Positions 53,215 through 64,000 of a stretch of 64,000 nt of DNA are shown in pieces. The translations under genes were made by a program, and so were the position numbers. A model generated the notes under the pieces. It was not told the origin of the DNA and did no database searches. It worked only from the letters and a program-made list of their open reading frames with translations. Position 1 is the first letter of the stretch. Each line of letters opens with the position of its first letter. The stretch is taken from assembly GCF_009914755.1 (NCBI RefSeq), contig NC_060931.1, one strand, 5' to 3'. Source of the DNA: the human T2T-CHM13v2.0 reference genome, Homo sapiens.

Positions 53215-55008
53215 TCTGGTGTGATGGTTAATTCTGCAAAAGGCATTTTATTTAACAGGCAGCATGGACTTCATACACATACATTATCAGTGCCTTGAAA
53301 ACCAAAGAATTTTAAAAGTTAGCAGTAGCTTCTAGTTTCTGCATGTACAAAAAAATACGTATTTATTTATTTATTTATTTGAGACAGAGTCTTGCTCTGC
53401 AGCCCGGGCTGGAATTCAGCGGTGTGATCTCAGCTCACAGCAAACCCCGCCTCCCGGGTTCAAGCGATTCTCGTTCCTCAGCCTCCTGAGTAGCTGGGAC
53501 TACAGGTCACTGTAGGCCCTGAGTCTGGGCTGGCCACATCCTCCACAGGCCAAGAGCTGGTCTGTGAAGAAGGGTGCTTGTTGGTTGAAAAGGGTGGTAG
53601 AGTCCTTTGGTTCTGGTGTTAGCAGTGCAGTGTCTCGAAGGTGGCTCATTTTAATTCCATATAGATCTTCATGCCCCGTGAGTAGGCATGAAGCCTCTTC
53701 TTTGCCAGAATTGACCCATAACTTGTAACGTCTCTCAGGGCCAGCTATCCTTAGCATTGGTAATGATATGTTGATATCTTCATTTTCTGTATGTGAATCC
53801 ATTACTGTTATAGTTTTAGAATAGGCATAATTCTCAATGTCCTCGGTGGAGATTTTGAGGGAAATGCCCTTTGGGTCATCCTTCTCTTTCTCTAGATTGA
53901 TGTATCTCTGAAGGAGAGAGAGCTATTTGTCCTTCTGATCTGGAGAACTGAAAGTGGCCACAAAGTTCACTGTGAGTCAGCCCAGAGCCAAGGATTTCAT
54001 GGAATTGGTGTTGCCTTCTGCCACTTCATCCAGACAGCTTGCTGTCCATATACCAGTTAATCTAATTTTATTTTGTATCTTACAGTTATGTTGTATTTGA
54101 GTTTGGCCACACCTAACAGATCATTGAATAGGAAAAGCTGCTGCTTCTGTCTGTGCAGGCCTCTTCCGAGTTCTACCTGGCTGTCAATCCGCAGAGTCCT
54201 ATTGGAGCACACAAATGATGACAGAATTGCACATGTGTGATGCTAGTGGAAGGACTTTCCCAGGGTTAAAGTTTTTGCAGGACTTTATCTGGGCTAAAAG
54301 CTGTGGCACTTCTCCTTTCTGTTAGTGTTTTCTTCTTCCAGGGCTAAGCGCACAGTCAGGCATTGCTGGCCCTGACGACTTCGGAGCTGATCCTGCTGAA
54401 GGGCCGCACTCACCTAGGCCACTGCGGGGGATCCAGGGGCACGCTGAGGGGTCGGGGAACGGGGATCCCTCCCCTCCAGCCTGGTGCCCCCACTGAGGGA
54501 GGAGTCGGGGTGCTGATGAGGCGGGAGGCAGCTGGAGATGGGAGGGAGGCTGCCGGGTCTGCTCAGAGAGAGAATAAGGCCCTAGATATGGAGAACGAGG
54601 AAGCGGCGTGGGGGGCTGGGGGGTTTCGGGGGAGGTGGCAGCAGGGCTGGCCCTGAGGGGCGGGAAAGGTCCTCAGATGACCCTTGCGGGCGCGCACCTC
54701 CAACGTCAAATCCCAGTGGCTTCAGCCTCGCGCCCTGAGTGGGGTCTGCGGCTGCGGAGGGCACGGGCTCCACTCAAGCGTCCTCACCGGCTTCCGCGGC
54801 TCTCCCCACAGAGCCTCCTGCTGGGGCACATCTTAAAGCAAATCCCAGCCCCGAAGGAACCTAGGCGGTCGGGTCTGTGGTGGCAGAAGGCGCGGCTGCC
54901 GTGCTCAGGTGGGCACAGCTCCCCATGTGGGCAGCTGCCTCCTGCAGGGGCCTGTGTGTCGCCGTGCCCTGCATGGCGGGGTGGAAGCGGTTACAGCGGC
55001 GACCGCCC
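53215..55008 (-). pseudogene. ARHGAP20P1: Processed (retro) pseudogene of ARHGAP20: N-terminus, PH and RA domains, extreme C-terminus; RhoGAP domain deleted
   Basis: intronless translation LFLFNDLLGVAKLKYN…WTASCLDEVAEGNTNSMKS…TVNFVATFSSPDQKDK*LSLLQRYINLEKEKD…LWVNSGKEEA…YGIKMSHLRD matches recalled ARHGAP20 (~70% aa); in-frame stops and frameshifts; 14-bp TSD; AATAAA at 53247-53252; symbol from memory. Confidence 0.88.
53361..53506 (-). mobile_element. Alu right arm only, inside the retrocopy
   Basis: (attt)n gagacagagtcttgctctg…tagctgggactacagg, then abrupt switch to ARHGAP20 sequence. Confidence 0.9.
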
Positions 55009-55370
55009 TTTGTTTTTTTCTTGTTGATTTGCTTAAGTTCCTTGTAGATCGTGTATCTCAGTCCTTTGTTGGACACATAGTGCACAAATATTTTCTCCCA
55101 TTCTGTAGGTTGTTTTCAAATCTGTTGATAATTTCTTTTGTTTTGCAGAGATCTTTAAGTCTCATTTTTAATTTTATTGTATTTGCTTTTGGGGTCTTTA
55201 TCATAAATTCTTACGATTTTTTTTTTTTTTTTTTTTTTTTTTTGCTAGCAGAGTTCTGTCATTAGGATTAGTAAGATTCTTAAGTGTTCCATACAGGTAA
55301 TAAAATCAGAAGAGTATGACCTCAATATGGTACAATATCCAGGTTTTGGTAGATAGAAGTGATTTTAGAG

Positions 55371-55747
55371 CGTACTAGTCCGTTTTCACACTGCTATAAA
55401 GAACTACCTGAGACTGGGTAATTTATGAAGAAAAGAAGTTTAATTGACTCACAGTTCCACAGGCTTATCAGGAAGCATGACTGGGAGGCCTCAGGAAACT
55501 GACAATCATGCCAGAAGGCAAAGGGGAAGCAGGCACCTTTTTTTCACATGGTGGCACAGTGAGTGAAAGGGGAAGTGGCACACACTTTTAAACCATCAGA
55601 TCTGGTGAGAGCTCACTATCTGGAGAACAGCATGGGGGAAATCTGAGCCCCCATAATCCAATAACCTCCTACAAGGCTCCTCCTTCAACAAGTGGGGATT
55701 ACAATTCCACATGAGATTTGGGTGGGACACAGAGCCAAACTGTATCA
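55371..55747 (-). mobile_element. THE1D-like MaLR solo LTR with 5-bp TSD TAGAG
   Basis: ctgctataaagaactacctgagactgggtaatttatgaag…gggacacagagccaaactgtatca; tagag at 55366-55370 and 55748-55752. Confidence 0.92.
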
Positions 55748-56514
55748 TAGAGGTACTTGAACGCCTCACATACTCTCTTTCATCACTTACTGTTGGGGCC
55801 TGGAACTTCTGAAGTTTTGATTTCCTCAGCTTTCCACTGTTAAATATGGAAATACAGGTGGGAATACTGTTAATTGCAAATACCTTACAGAAGATATTTG
55901 CTACTTTAATCATGAATGATTTCTAAGGGGAATCTAGACAAAGGGCAGATAAGGTTTTGAAAGATATTGGGGCGGTGGGGGGTGGTGGGCAGGAGGCTTG
56001 AGGAAAAGCAAAAGAGACTGAGGAGAGCAAAAGATCCCAAAGTAAGAGTTTACCTAGAGCAAGTGTGGAGGGGAGGGAGTTGAGTAGTGAGTGATGTTAA
56101 GAGGGCAAGGAATGACTAGGGAAGAGGTCTGAAAGAAAGTTAAGAGTGCCACCAAAGATCACCTGTCTTCTTAAAAATTTTTTTATGGGTAACATTGCAT
56201 AGCATTATAGAGTAAGAACACTGGGACATTTAGATGAGGGATTTTTAAATGAGGGTGCATGTGTACGTGATATTAAAACAATACTACCTTGTCCCTCCCC
56301 TCCTGGCCCCCAAGTCTCTCAGTTTGAACATCACAGCTACACTGATCCACCAAAAACTGACAGAACCTTGCCCTTTGGTTTGTTGGGCGGCAGAGTGGAA
56401 ACTCGGGGCTGGGGAAAGAAGGATTGCCTACGATTTTGCTATAAAACATAATTAAAATCGATGTTAACTGCCTTTCTTTAATAAAGGATATACTCTAAGG
56501 GTTTTCAGTCATTG

Positions 56515-57277
56515 TGAGAGATAGGACTAGCTGGATTTCCTAGGCCGACTAAGAATTCCTAAACCTAGCTGGGGAAGGTGACTGCACCCACCTTTAATCA
56601 CAGGGCTTGTAACTCAGCTCACATCTGACCAATCAGGTAGTAAAAAGAAAGCTCATTAAAATACCAATTAGGCTAAAAGCAGGAGGTAAAGAAATAATCA
56701 AATCATCTATCACCTGAGAGCACAGGGGGAGGGACAGTGATCAGGATATAAACCCAGACATTCGATCAGGGAGTGGCAACCCCCTTTGGGTCCCCTCCCA
56801 TTGTATGGGAGCTCTGTTTTCACTCTATTAAATCTTGCAACTGCACACTCTTCTGGTCAGTGTTTGTTCCGGCTCGAACTGAGCTTTCACTCAGAGTCCA
56901 CCACTGTTGAACGCCGCTGCCCCAGACCTGCCATTGACTTTCACCTCTCCAGATCCAGCAGGGTGTCCGCTGCGCTTCTGCTCCAGCAAGGCACCCATTG
57001 CCACTTCTGATCCGGCTAGAGGTTCGCCATTGTCCTGAGTAGCTAAGTGCCTGGGTTCGTCCTAATTGAGCTGAACACTGGTCACTGGGTTCCATGGTTC
57101 TCTTCCGTGACCCATGGCTTCTAATAGAGCTATAACACTCACTGCAGGGGCCAAGGTTCTATTCCTTGGAATCCATGAGGCCAAGAACCCCAGATCAAAG
57201 AACAAAAGGCTTGCCGCCATCTTGGGAGCAGCCCACCCCATCTTGGGAGCTCTAAGAACAAAGACCCGTTGGTAACA
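56515..57277 (+). mobile_element. HERV-W solo LTR (LTR17), full length, 4-bp TSD ATTG
   Basis: tgagagataggactagctggatttcctaggccgactaagaattcct…ggtaaca; CCAAT 56629 and 56664, TATAAA 56747, ATTAAA 56827; attg at 56511-56514 and 57278-57281. Confidence 0.95.
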
Positions 57278-57600
57278 ATTGTACAGTGTCAATTTTGATT
57301 GTCTTCTAGTTTTCACAGTATGTAAAATAAAGCAGAATAGTATTAACTCAGGAGCCAGACTTGCTGGGTTTGAGCCCTGGCTCCACTCATTAGCTGTGCA
57401 ACCTTTTTACCAAGTTATTGAAAATCTTCAGTCCATAGCTAACTCCTTAGTAAAGTGAGTATAACAATATTTCACATTGACAGTAAGATATTAATCAGAT
57501 AATCCATGCAAAGACCTCAGCACAGTGACTGGACAATAGAAAAGGTTCAATATATGTTGGCTTTAATAAAAACAAAAATACCAAATATAGTAATTAGCTC

Positions 57601-57890
57601 TTTGTTTTTTGAGATGGAGTTTTGCTCTGTTGCCCAGGCTGGAGTGCAGTATGGTGATCTCAGCACTCTGCAAGCTCTGCCTCTCGTTCAAATGATTCTC
57701 ATGCCTCAGCCTCCCGAGTAGCTGGGACTACAGGTGCATGCCACCACGACTGGCTAATTTTTTTTTGTATTTTTAGTAGAGATGGGGTTTTGCCATGTTG
57801 GCCAGGCTAGTCTCAAACTCCTGACGTCAAGTAATCCACCCGCCTCAGCCTCCCAAAGTGGTGGGATTACAGGCGTGGGCCACCACGGCT
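57601..57890 (-). mobile_element. Alu (AluS-type)
   Basis: gagatggagttttgctctgttgcccagg…; TSD gtaat(t/g)agctcttt. Confidence 0.92.
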
Positions 57891-58192
57891 GATGGTAATG
57901 AGCTCTTTCTCTGAGAATGACTGTTGCTTTTGGATTAAAACTACAGCATTGACTTTAGGTATTTCTTAGACTTGATTAACTTAAACAATGACATAAAACT
58001 CTTTGGTACAGAAATAATACTTAATAGGGCAGAAGTTTGTTTGGAGGATAGAACAAAAACCTGACAAACTTATTGTGAGAAATGATTCTTCCATTCTAGC
58101 ATAGCTCCTTTTGAAGTGTGTGATAGGAAGTTTTGGTGTTTCCCCACCCATCATGGAAATCATGTAAATTGGAGAGGCAAGGAAAAAGCATC

Positions 58193-58890
58193 TGTATTGG
58201 TTTGCTAGAGCTGTCATAAAAAGCACCACACATTGAGTGGCTTAAACAGTCAATTTATTGTCTCACAGATCTGGAGGGTAGAGATCTGAGATCAAGGTGT
58301 TGGCAGGGTTGGTTCCTTCCGAGGGCTGTGAAGGAGAATCTTTTCCGTGCCTGTCATCCAGTGTGTTTGCTGACAACCTTGAGCATTCCTTGGCTTCTGC
58401 TGCACGATCACACTCTGCTTCCTGCTCACATGGCATTCCTTCTGTATGCATGTCTCTGTATCCAAATTTCTTCTTTATATAAGGAACCCAGTCATATTGG
58501 GTTAGGGGCCCATTCTACTCCAGTATGACCTCATCTAATAACATTTTCCTTTAGAAAATTTAATTGACACATAATAATCATACATGTCTATGGGGTACAT
58601 AATGTTATGACACATATAATTTATAGTGATTAGATCAGGGTAATTCACATATCGATCATCCCAAACATTTATCATTCCTTGTATTGGGAACGTTCAATAT
58701 CTTCTAGCTATTTGAAACTGTATATTGTTGGTTACTATAGTCATCCTACAGTACTATAGGACACTAAAACTTATTCCCATTTTTAATGACCTTATTTCCA
58801 AATAGGAAATACCTCCATTCTGAGATACTGGGGGATAGGACTTCAACCTATAATTTTTTTTTGTGAAAGGGACACAATTCAACCTGTTAC
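58193..58890 (-). mobile_element. MLT1B/C MaLR LTR interrupted by an L1MA 3' fragment (~58545-58780)
   Basis: tgtattggtttgctagagctgtcata…ctactccagtatgacctcatc | L1 | aatgaccttatttccaaata…gggacacaattcaacc. Confidence 0.82.
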
Positions 58891-59944
58891 TGTATCCTAT
58901 CCTGGAAAGTAACTATGATATACTTCTAGAAGTTTCAGTAATCACTAAACTTCTAGAATTCATTCCAGAAAAGTGAATTCATTCCAGAAAAGATGTTCAG
59001 AAACTGAATCACTGCTAATACCAGGGGAGCCAAGTGTTTAATGGCCTCCTATTGTGGGTGCTCTCCACAATTCTGTCGCCCTCCTAACACTCACACAACT
59101 TATTTTGTCAGATTGTGTGTGGGCATGGGTGTGTGAAAGAGAAGGGGGCTGGGGACAGGGACTTTCTGCTCCCAAGGACTTTCCATTTAGCGAAAAAGAC
59201 AGATGTTGTGCAAAAAACAAATTTTAAAAGAAGAAAAGAATGCTTATCTTTCTTTACTCAGTAAGGAGGTTCATGAATATACATATTGCATATAATTGCT
59301 TTTTAAGAAGTACTACTTGTAAACTCAAGTAATCTATATGTGTGTATGAAATCAATGGGTTTAAAAAGTACGCTTCCCTGAGGCTTGGCCTACTCTTATT
59401 AACTCTAATCTAAAAGTCTGAAAGATCCTACCAAGAAAACTTTGTATACTTATGTATTGTAAGATTATACCAATGAACAATAATTTCTTCATCCCCTATA
59501 ATATACCTGATTTTCTATTTTATCATGTTGTTTTCCATGATGGTAAATACATTCTCCTTTCATTCAGGATTCATGGGTACTGCATCTTGTGTAAAGCCTG
59601 ATGGTTCTACTAGAAGGTTGAGCTGTTTCTCTACTGATTTCACATTATTTTATTAGGTTATTTAGTAAGGAGTTATTTCCCACCAGTGATATATCGTACC
59701 ACTAGACTGTGAATTTCTTTTATCCAGTCTATCTTTGGATCCACAATATCAAAGTTAGTATCTGGCAGAGTGAAAATTAATCATTGAATAATTGGGAAAG
59801 ATTAAATGCTAGAAAATAATTTAGGTTTTATTTTGATCTCAGAAATTGAGAGCTTGATCTGAATAGAAATGTTGCTATTTTAGGAAAACAAATGGGAAGG
59901 AGGACAAGGAAGAGGTGAAGGATCTAGTGCAGTAATTCTAAACT

Positions 59945-60125
59945 AGTATTGACAATATTAGCAAATAAAAATACAGGTCACCCAGTTTACTTTAAAATAT
60001 CACATAAATAACCAATACATTTTAGTGTGTTTCAAATATTAAACAGGATATGCTTATATTTTGAAAATGTTGTTTATCCCTTATTTAAATTTAACTGGAT
60101 GTCCTGTACTTTATGTGGCAACGCT
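59945..60125. mobile_element. MER53-like palindromic hAT MITE
   Basis: ttagcaaataaaaatacaggtcacccagtt…aaatttaactggatgtcctgtactttatgtggcaac; imperfect palindrome. Confidence 0.75.
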
Positions 60126-60351
60126 GGACTTTATCTAATTAATCCCTTTTGAATGTACAACTTTTTTGACTGTTATCTCTTTGAAATGCAAATGAAAACT
60201 CTGAAAGCCTGCATTAAAATGCTTTGCACATAGAATTGTGCATACTATTTCAGGTAGTTGATGTTGGTAACTTTTTTAAAATGTTGGCTGTGTTAGGGAA
60301 GGAATAATTTCTTAGAGGTTATAAGGGTAAAAACAAATGGAAGTAAAATTA

Positions 60352-60414
60352 TACACATACACACACACATACACACACACACACCTATATGTATACACAC
60401 ACACACACACACAC
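60352..60414. repeat. Interrupted (CA)n microsatellite
   Basis: direct inspection. Confidence 0.88.
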
Positions 60415-60532
60415 ATTCACTAAGCATAGTCCTACATTTCCAAAGTAGGGGTAACCTAAGAAGGAATGGAATCCAAACAATTAATTTTATGAGAAGATGT
60501 GCGGTAGAAATATCAACTACAATATAGAAAGG

Positions 60533-60697
60533 TTTTTTTTTTTTTTTTTAAACACGTTGTGGTCTCACTATGTTGCCCAAGCCAGAGTACAGTGGCTATT
60601 CATAGACTTGATCATAGCTCATTGCAGCCACAAACCCTTGGGCTAAAGTAATCCTCCTGCCTCAGCTTCCCCAGTAGCACATGCCACTGCACCCAGC
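60533..60697 (-). mobile_element. FAM (fossil Alu monomer)
   Basis: single monomer retaining the 7SL-like cagtggctattca segment. Confidence 0.75.
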
Positions 60698-61549
60698 GAG
60701 GATTATAGAGTTTGTTAAAGTGGGTAGAGAAGGAAAACTAAATTGGTTACAAGATTACAGTGACTAAAACTGATTATCGAATATTTATATGTAAAATATG
60801 TGCATATTAAATGTTGGCATACATATAATTATATGCATAATAAAATTATATGTATAACAACATAGAAATATATGCATATTAAAATATAAAGGTATATACA
60901 TTTTCATTACAAAGAACAATTTATCATTTAGTAACATTTTTATGCTAACTGAAGAAAGATAAGTGAATGTTCAATGTTATTTATTAATTCTTAAAAAAAC
61001 TAAATTGTCAGCTGATCTCTTTTATAGTCCACTGCAAATAACTGCTAACATGTTGTTCCTCTGAACTATTTATGCAACCATGGAATCAGCTATATTTCTT
61101 TAGTCTTCATATGTTAAACTATTAAATCAGAGAATGCCAGTGCATTCTGATCTCTTAGCATTCATTAAAATAAAAGCTCTAGACTTTTATCTAAAAAATC
61201 AAAATAGGCTGTAATATAAAAATTAAAATAGGATATTTAATATTCTTTTGTAAATAAATAGGATACATGGGTCTCTAGTACTGATAATCATGTAACCTAT
61301 TTATATCCAAATAGATCAATTTACTACAAGCTTGCTTAAAATTAACAGAATAGTGATCAAATAAGACCCAAAGGAAACCTTTTTTTCTCTGACTCATCAA
61401 ATGTTGAAATTACAGGTGTCTATATCATAGACATTGCATATCTATCTCATATAAAAGTATAGTTTTATATCACAAAGCAATTCAAATTTTGCTAAATGCA
61501 ATAAAATCCTATGAGTTAGGAAAATTTTTGCCCATCTAAAACATTTTCT

Positions 61550-61850
61550 TTTTTTTTTTTTGAGATGGAGTTTCACTCTTGTTGCCCAGGCTGGAGTGCA
61601 ATGGAACGATCTTGGCTCACTGAAACCTCCACCTCCCAGGTTCAAGTGATTCTCCTGCCTCAGCCTCCTGAGTAGCTGGGATTACAGGTGCTCACCACCA
61701 TGCCTGGCTAATTTTCGTATTTTTAATAGAGATGGGGTTTCACCATGTTGACCAGGGGCTAGTTAGTCTCGAACTCCTGACCTCAGGTGATCCTCCCATC
61801 TCAGCCTCCCAAAGTGCTGGGATTACAGGTATGAGCCACTGCACCCAGCC
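61550..61850 (-). mobile_element. Alu (AluSq/Sp-like), 15-bp TSD
   Basis: ggagtttcactcttgttgcccaggctggagtgcaatgg; TSD tctaaaa(c/t)attttct. Confidence 0.94.
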
Positions 61851-62123
61851 TCTAAAATATTTTCTACCTTCTGATAATTACTCCCAGCTGATTTTAGGAT
61901 TTCTATTAGCAGGATTTTTTCTTCTTGTTGCTGTTATTTAAATAAATAGAAGACATGGTATTAACTCTCTGGAGGCTTCCTGTAAAGAACTGAGTTGATG
62001 ATTGGATATTTGATCATTTCAGAATAAATATAATCCTTTCCTACCAGTTAATTGGAGAAATTCTTCATTTTTCCTGAAGTAGTTACACTTTTCTTAAAAT
62101 TATTAAAAGTTTTAAAGTATCTA

Positions 62124-62540
<417 letters not shown>

Positions 62541-62656
62541 CTAAAAGTTAAAGTCACAAGTGGTCAGAGATTTATCCACTTGTTTTGGTAACATGGAGAT
62601 CATTTATGACCTGGGTTAGCAGGTATGGTACAGGGGAGGAGACAGAATTAAAATTA

Positions 62657-62809
<153 letters not shown>

Positions 62810-62985
62810 TTAAAAATAAAATTAGATTAGTTGATGGAGTGAAGGAGAGGTGAAGAAATAGAGACAAACTGTATAGGCACCTCTTATTTAGGTCTTCTTG
62901 TCTCCACTATAACTCTTGGCAGGCTTTCTTTGCTACTGATGAGGCAGAAATAAAACTATATTGTCAGTCTCAGATTTAAAAAACA

Positions 62986-62996
62986 TTTATTTTAAT
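62986..62996 (-). terminator. AGR3: AGR3 polyadenylation signal (overlapping ATTAAA/AATAAA)
   Basis: plus-strand tttattttaat = minus ATTAAAATAAA, ~145 nt after the stop codon. Confidence 0.8.
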
Positions 62997-63139
62997 AAGA
63001 CTATTGCAAACACATTAAAAAAACTAAATAGTAATATTACAAAATCTATATACTTGCACATTTAGTATTTGTCAATGTGCCAGAGGTTTTCTTCATGAAA
63101 TTTGACTTCTTTGAAGTGAAGGCTTTTTTCTATCATCTC

Positions 63140-63189
63140 TTATAGCTCTGACTGAATAAGTCTTAATGCTTTCTTCATGTTTTCTATCA
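63140..63189 (-). CDS. AGR3: AGR3 terminal coding exon (L/IENMKKALRLIQSEL*; QSEL ER-retention motif)
   Basis: tatttcag|TG ATA GAA AAC ATG AAG AAA GCA TTA AGA CTT ATT CAG TCA GAG CTA TAA; paralogous to the AGR2 end NMKKALKLLKTEL. Confidence 0.97.
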
Positions 63190-63494
63190 CTGAAATAAGA
63201 GTTAATATATATTATGCTATTAATAAATGAAAGTACAAATGCTATGATCTATTAACTCTAGAACCTGAAATTGGCCCATTTAAATTAATAGCTTTGAACA
63301 TGGGAATTCATCTATGACATTAAAGAATATGCTAAAAGTGTACATGTAAATTTAGGGATTAGACCATTGAGAGCTGGTTGGTCAACTTTATGTTGAACAA
63401 TTTCATCAGAGGGGTTTTGAGGAGTACCTCTTTTTTTTTAATGCATCACTTTGTATTAGTATTGCTAGATCTTACAGGCACAGTTGTCTTATTA

Positions 63495-63770
<276 letters not shown>

Positions 63771-64000
63771 CTAGGAGAATGGACTGTCTCAAGTTTGTGT
63801 CATTTTAATGTGTACTATATTCTTTTTAGTGAGCTCAGAATTTAGTAATCCTAAAATCCCTTAGACATCCCTGTTAAAATAGATTCTGAGGTACCCCCAA
63901 AATTCTGATTTTGGTGGGAGCTAGAAGTTGGCATTTAAACACCACCACTAGCCTCAGTGACTGGTGTGTAGAAGCACTGATGTAGGGCTTCACTAGCCCT

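Larger units (their letters stand above)
52341..55212 (-). mobile_element. L1PA16-like 3' fragment split by the ARHGAP20 retrocopy (L1 parts ~52341-53214 and ~55009-55212)
   Basis: L1 text gtcctttgcccactttgtaatggag… resumes exactly as tttgtttttttcttgttgatttgcttaagttccttgtagat. Confidence 0.88.

Noticed and set aside
53500-53802. 100-aa ORF resembling the ARHGAP20 RA domain as a functional retrogene
   Set aside because: Starts mid-domain downstream of in-frame stops, ends out of frame in an Alu, and substitutions look neutral; treated as pseudogene remnant
54363-55265. Plus-strand GC-rich ORFs (97, 139, 118 aa)
   Set aside because: Antisense to the retrocopy 5' region; stop-poor because of high GC; no recognisable protein

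Overview
Human (primate) genomic DNA from the AGR2-AGR3 tandem locus (7p21 in human), identified from the encoded peptides. On the minus strand lie AGR2 exon 1 (non-coding) and coding exons 2-6 (1194-8534; the last two exons fall left of the window) and, at the far right, the terminal exon of the paralogue AGR3 (…IENMKKALRLIQSEL*). The ~54 kb between them is mostly transposon-derived: Alus, L2/MIR, Tigger and hAT MITEs, a near-full-length old L1MA, and solo LTRs (LTR8A, MLT1, THE1D, HERV-W LTR17). There is no prokaryotic-type novel system here. Two things stand out. (1) A distal minus-strand exon ~28 kb upstream of the AGR2 promoter would splice in frame to exon 2, adding 20 aa in front of the signal peptide (195-aa isoform). 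Its start codon sits behind a chain of stop/start-coupled uORFs. (2) A rearranged ARHGAP20 retrocopy sits inside an L1 with a 14-bp TSD. It keeps a CpG-rich 5' end with unused splice donors, has lost its RhoGAP domain at a microhomology junction, and is fused to a half-Alu. Repeat subfamily names and reference protein sequences are recalled from memory, not searched. Coordinates of old repeats are approximate.
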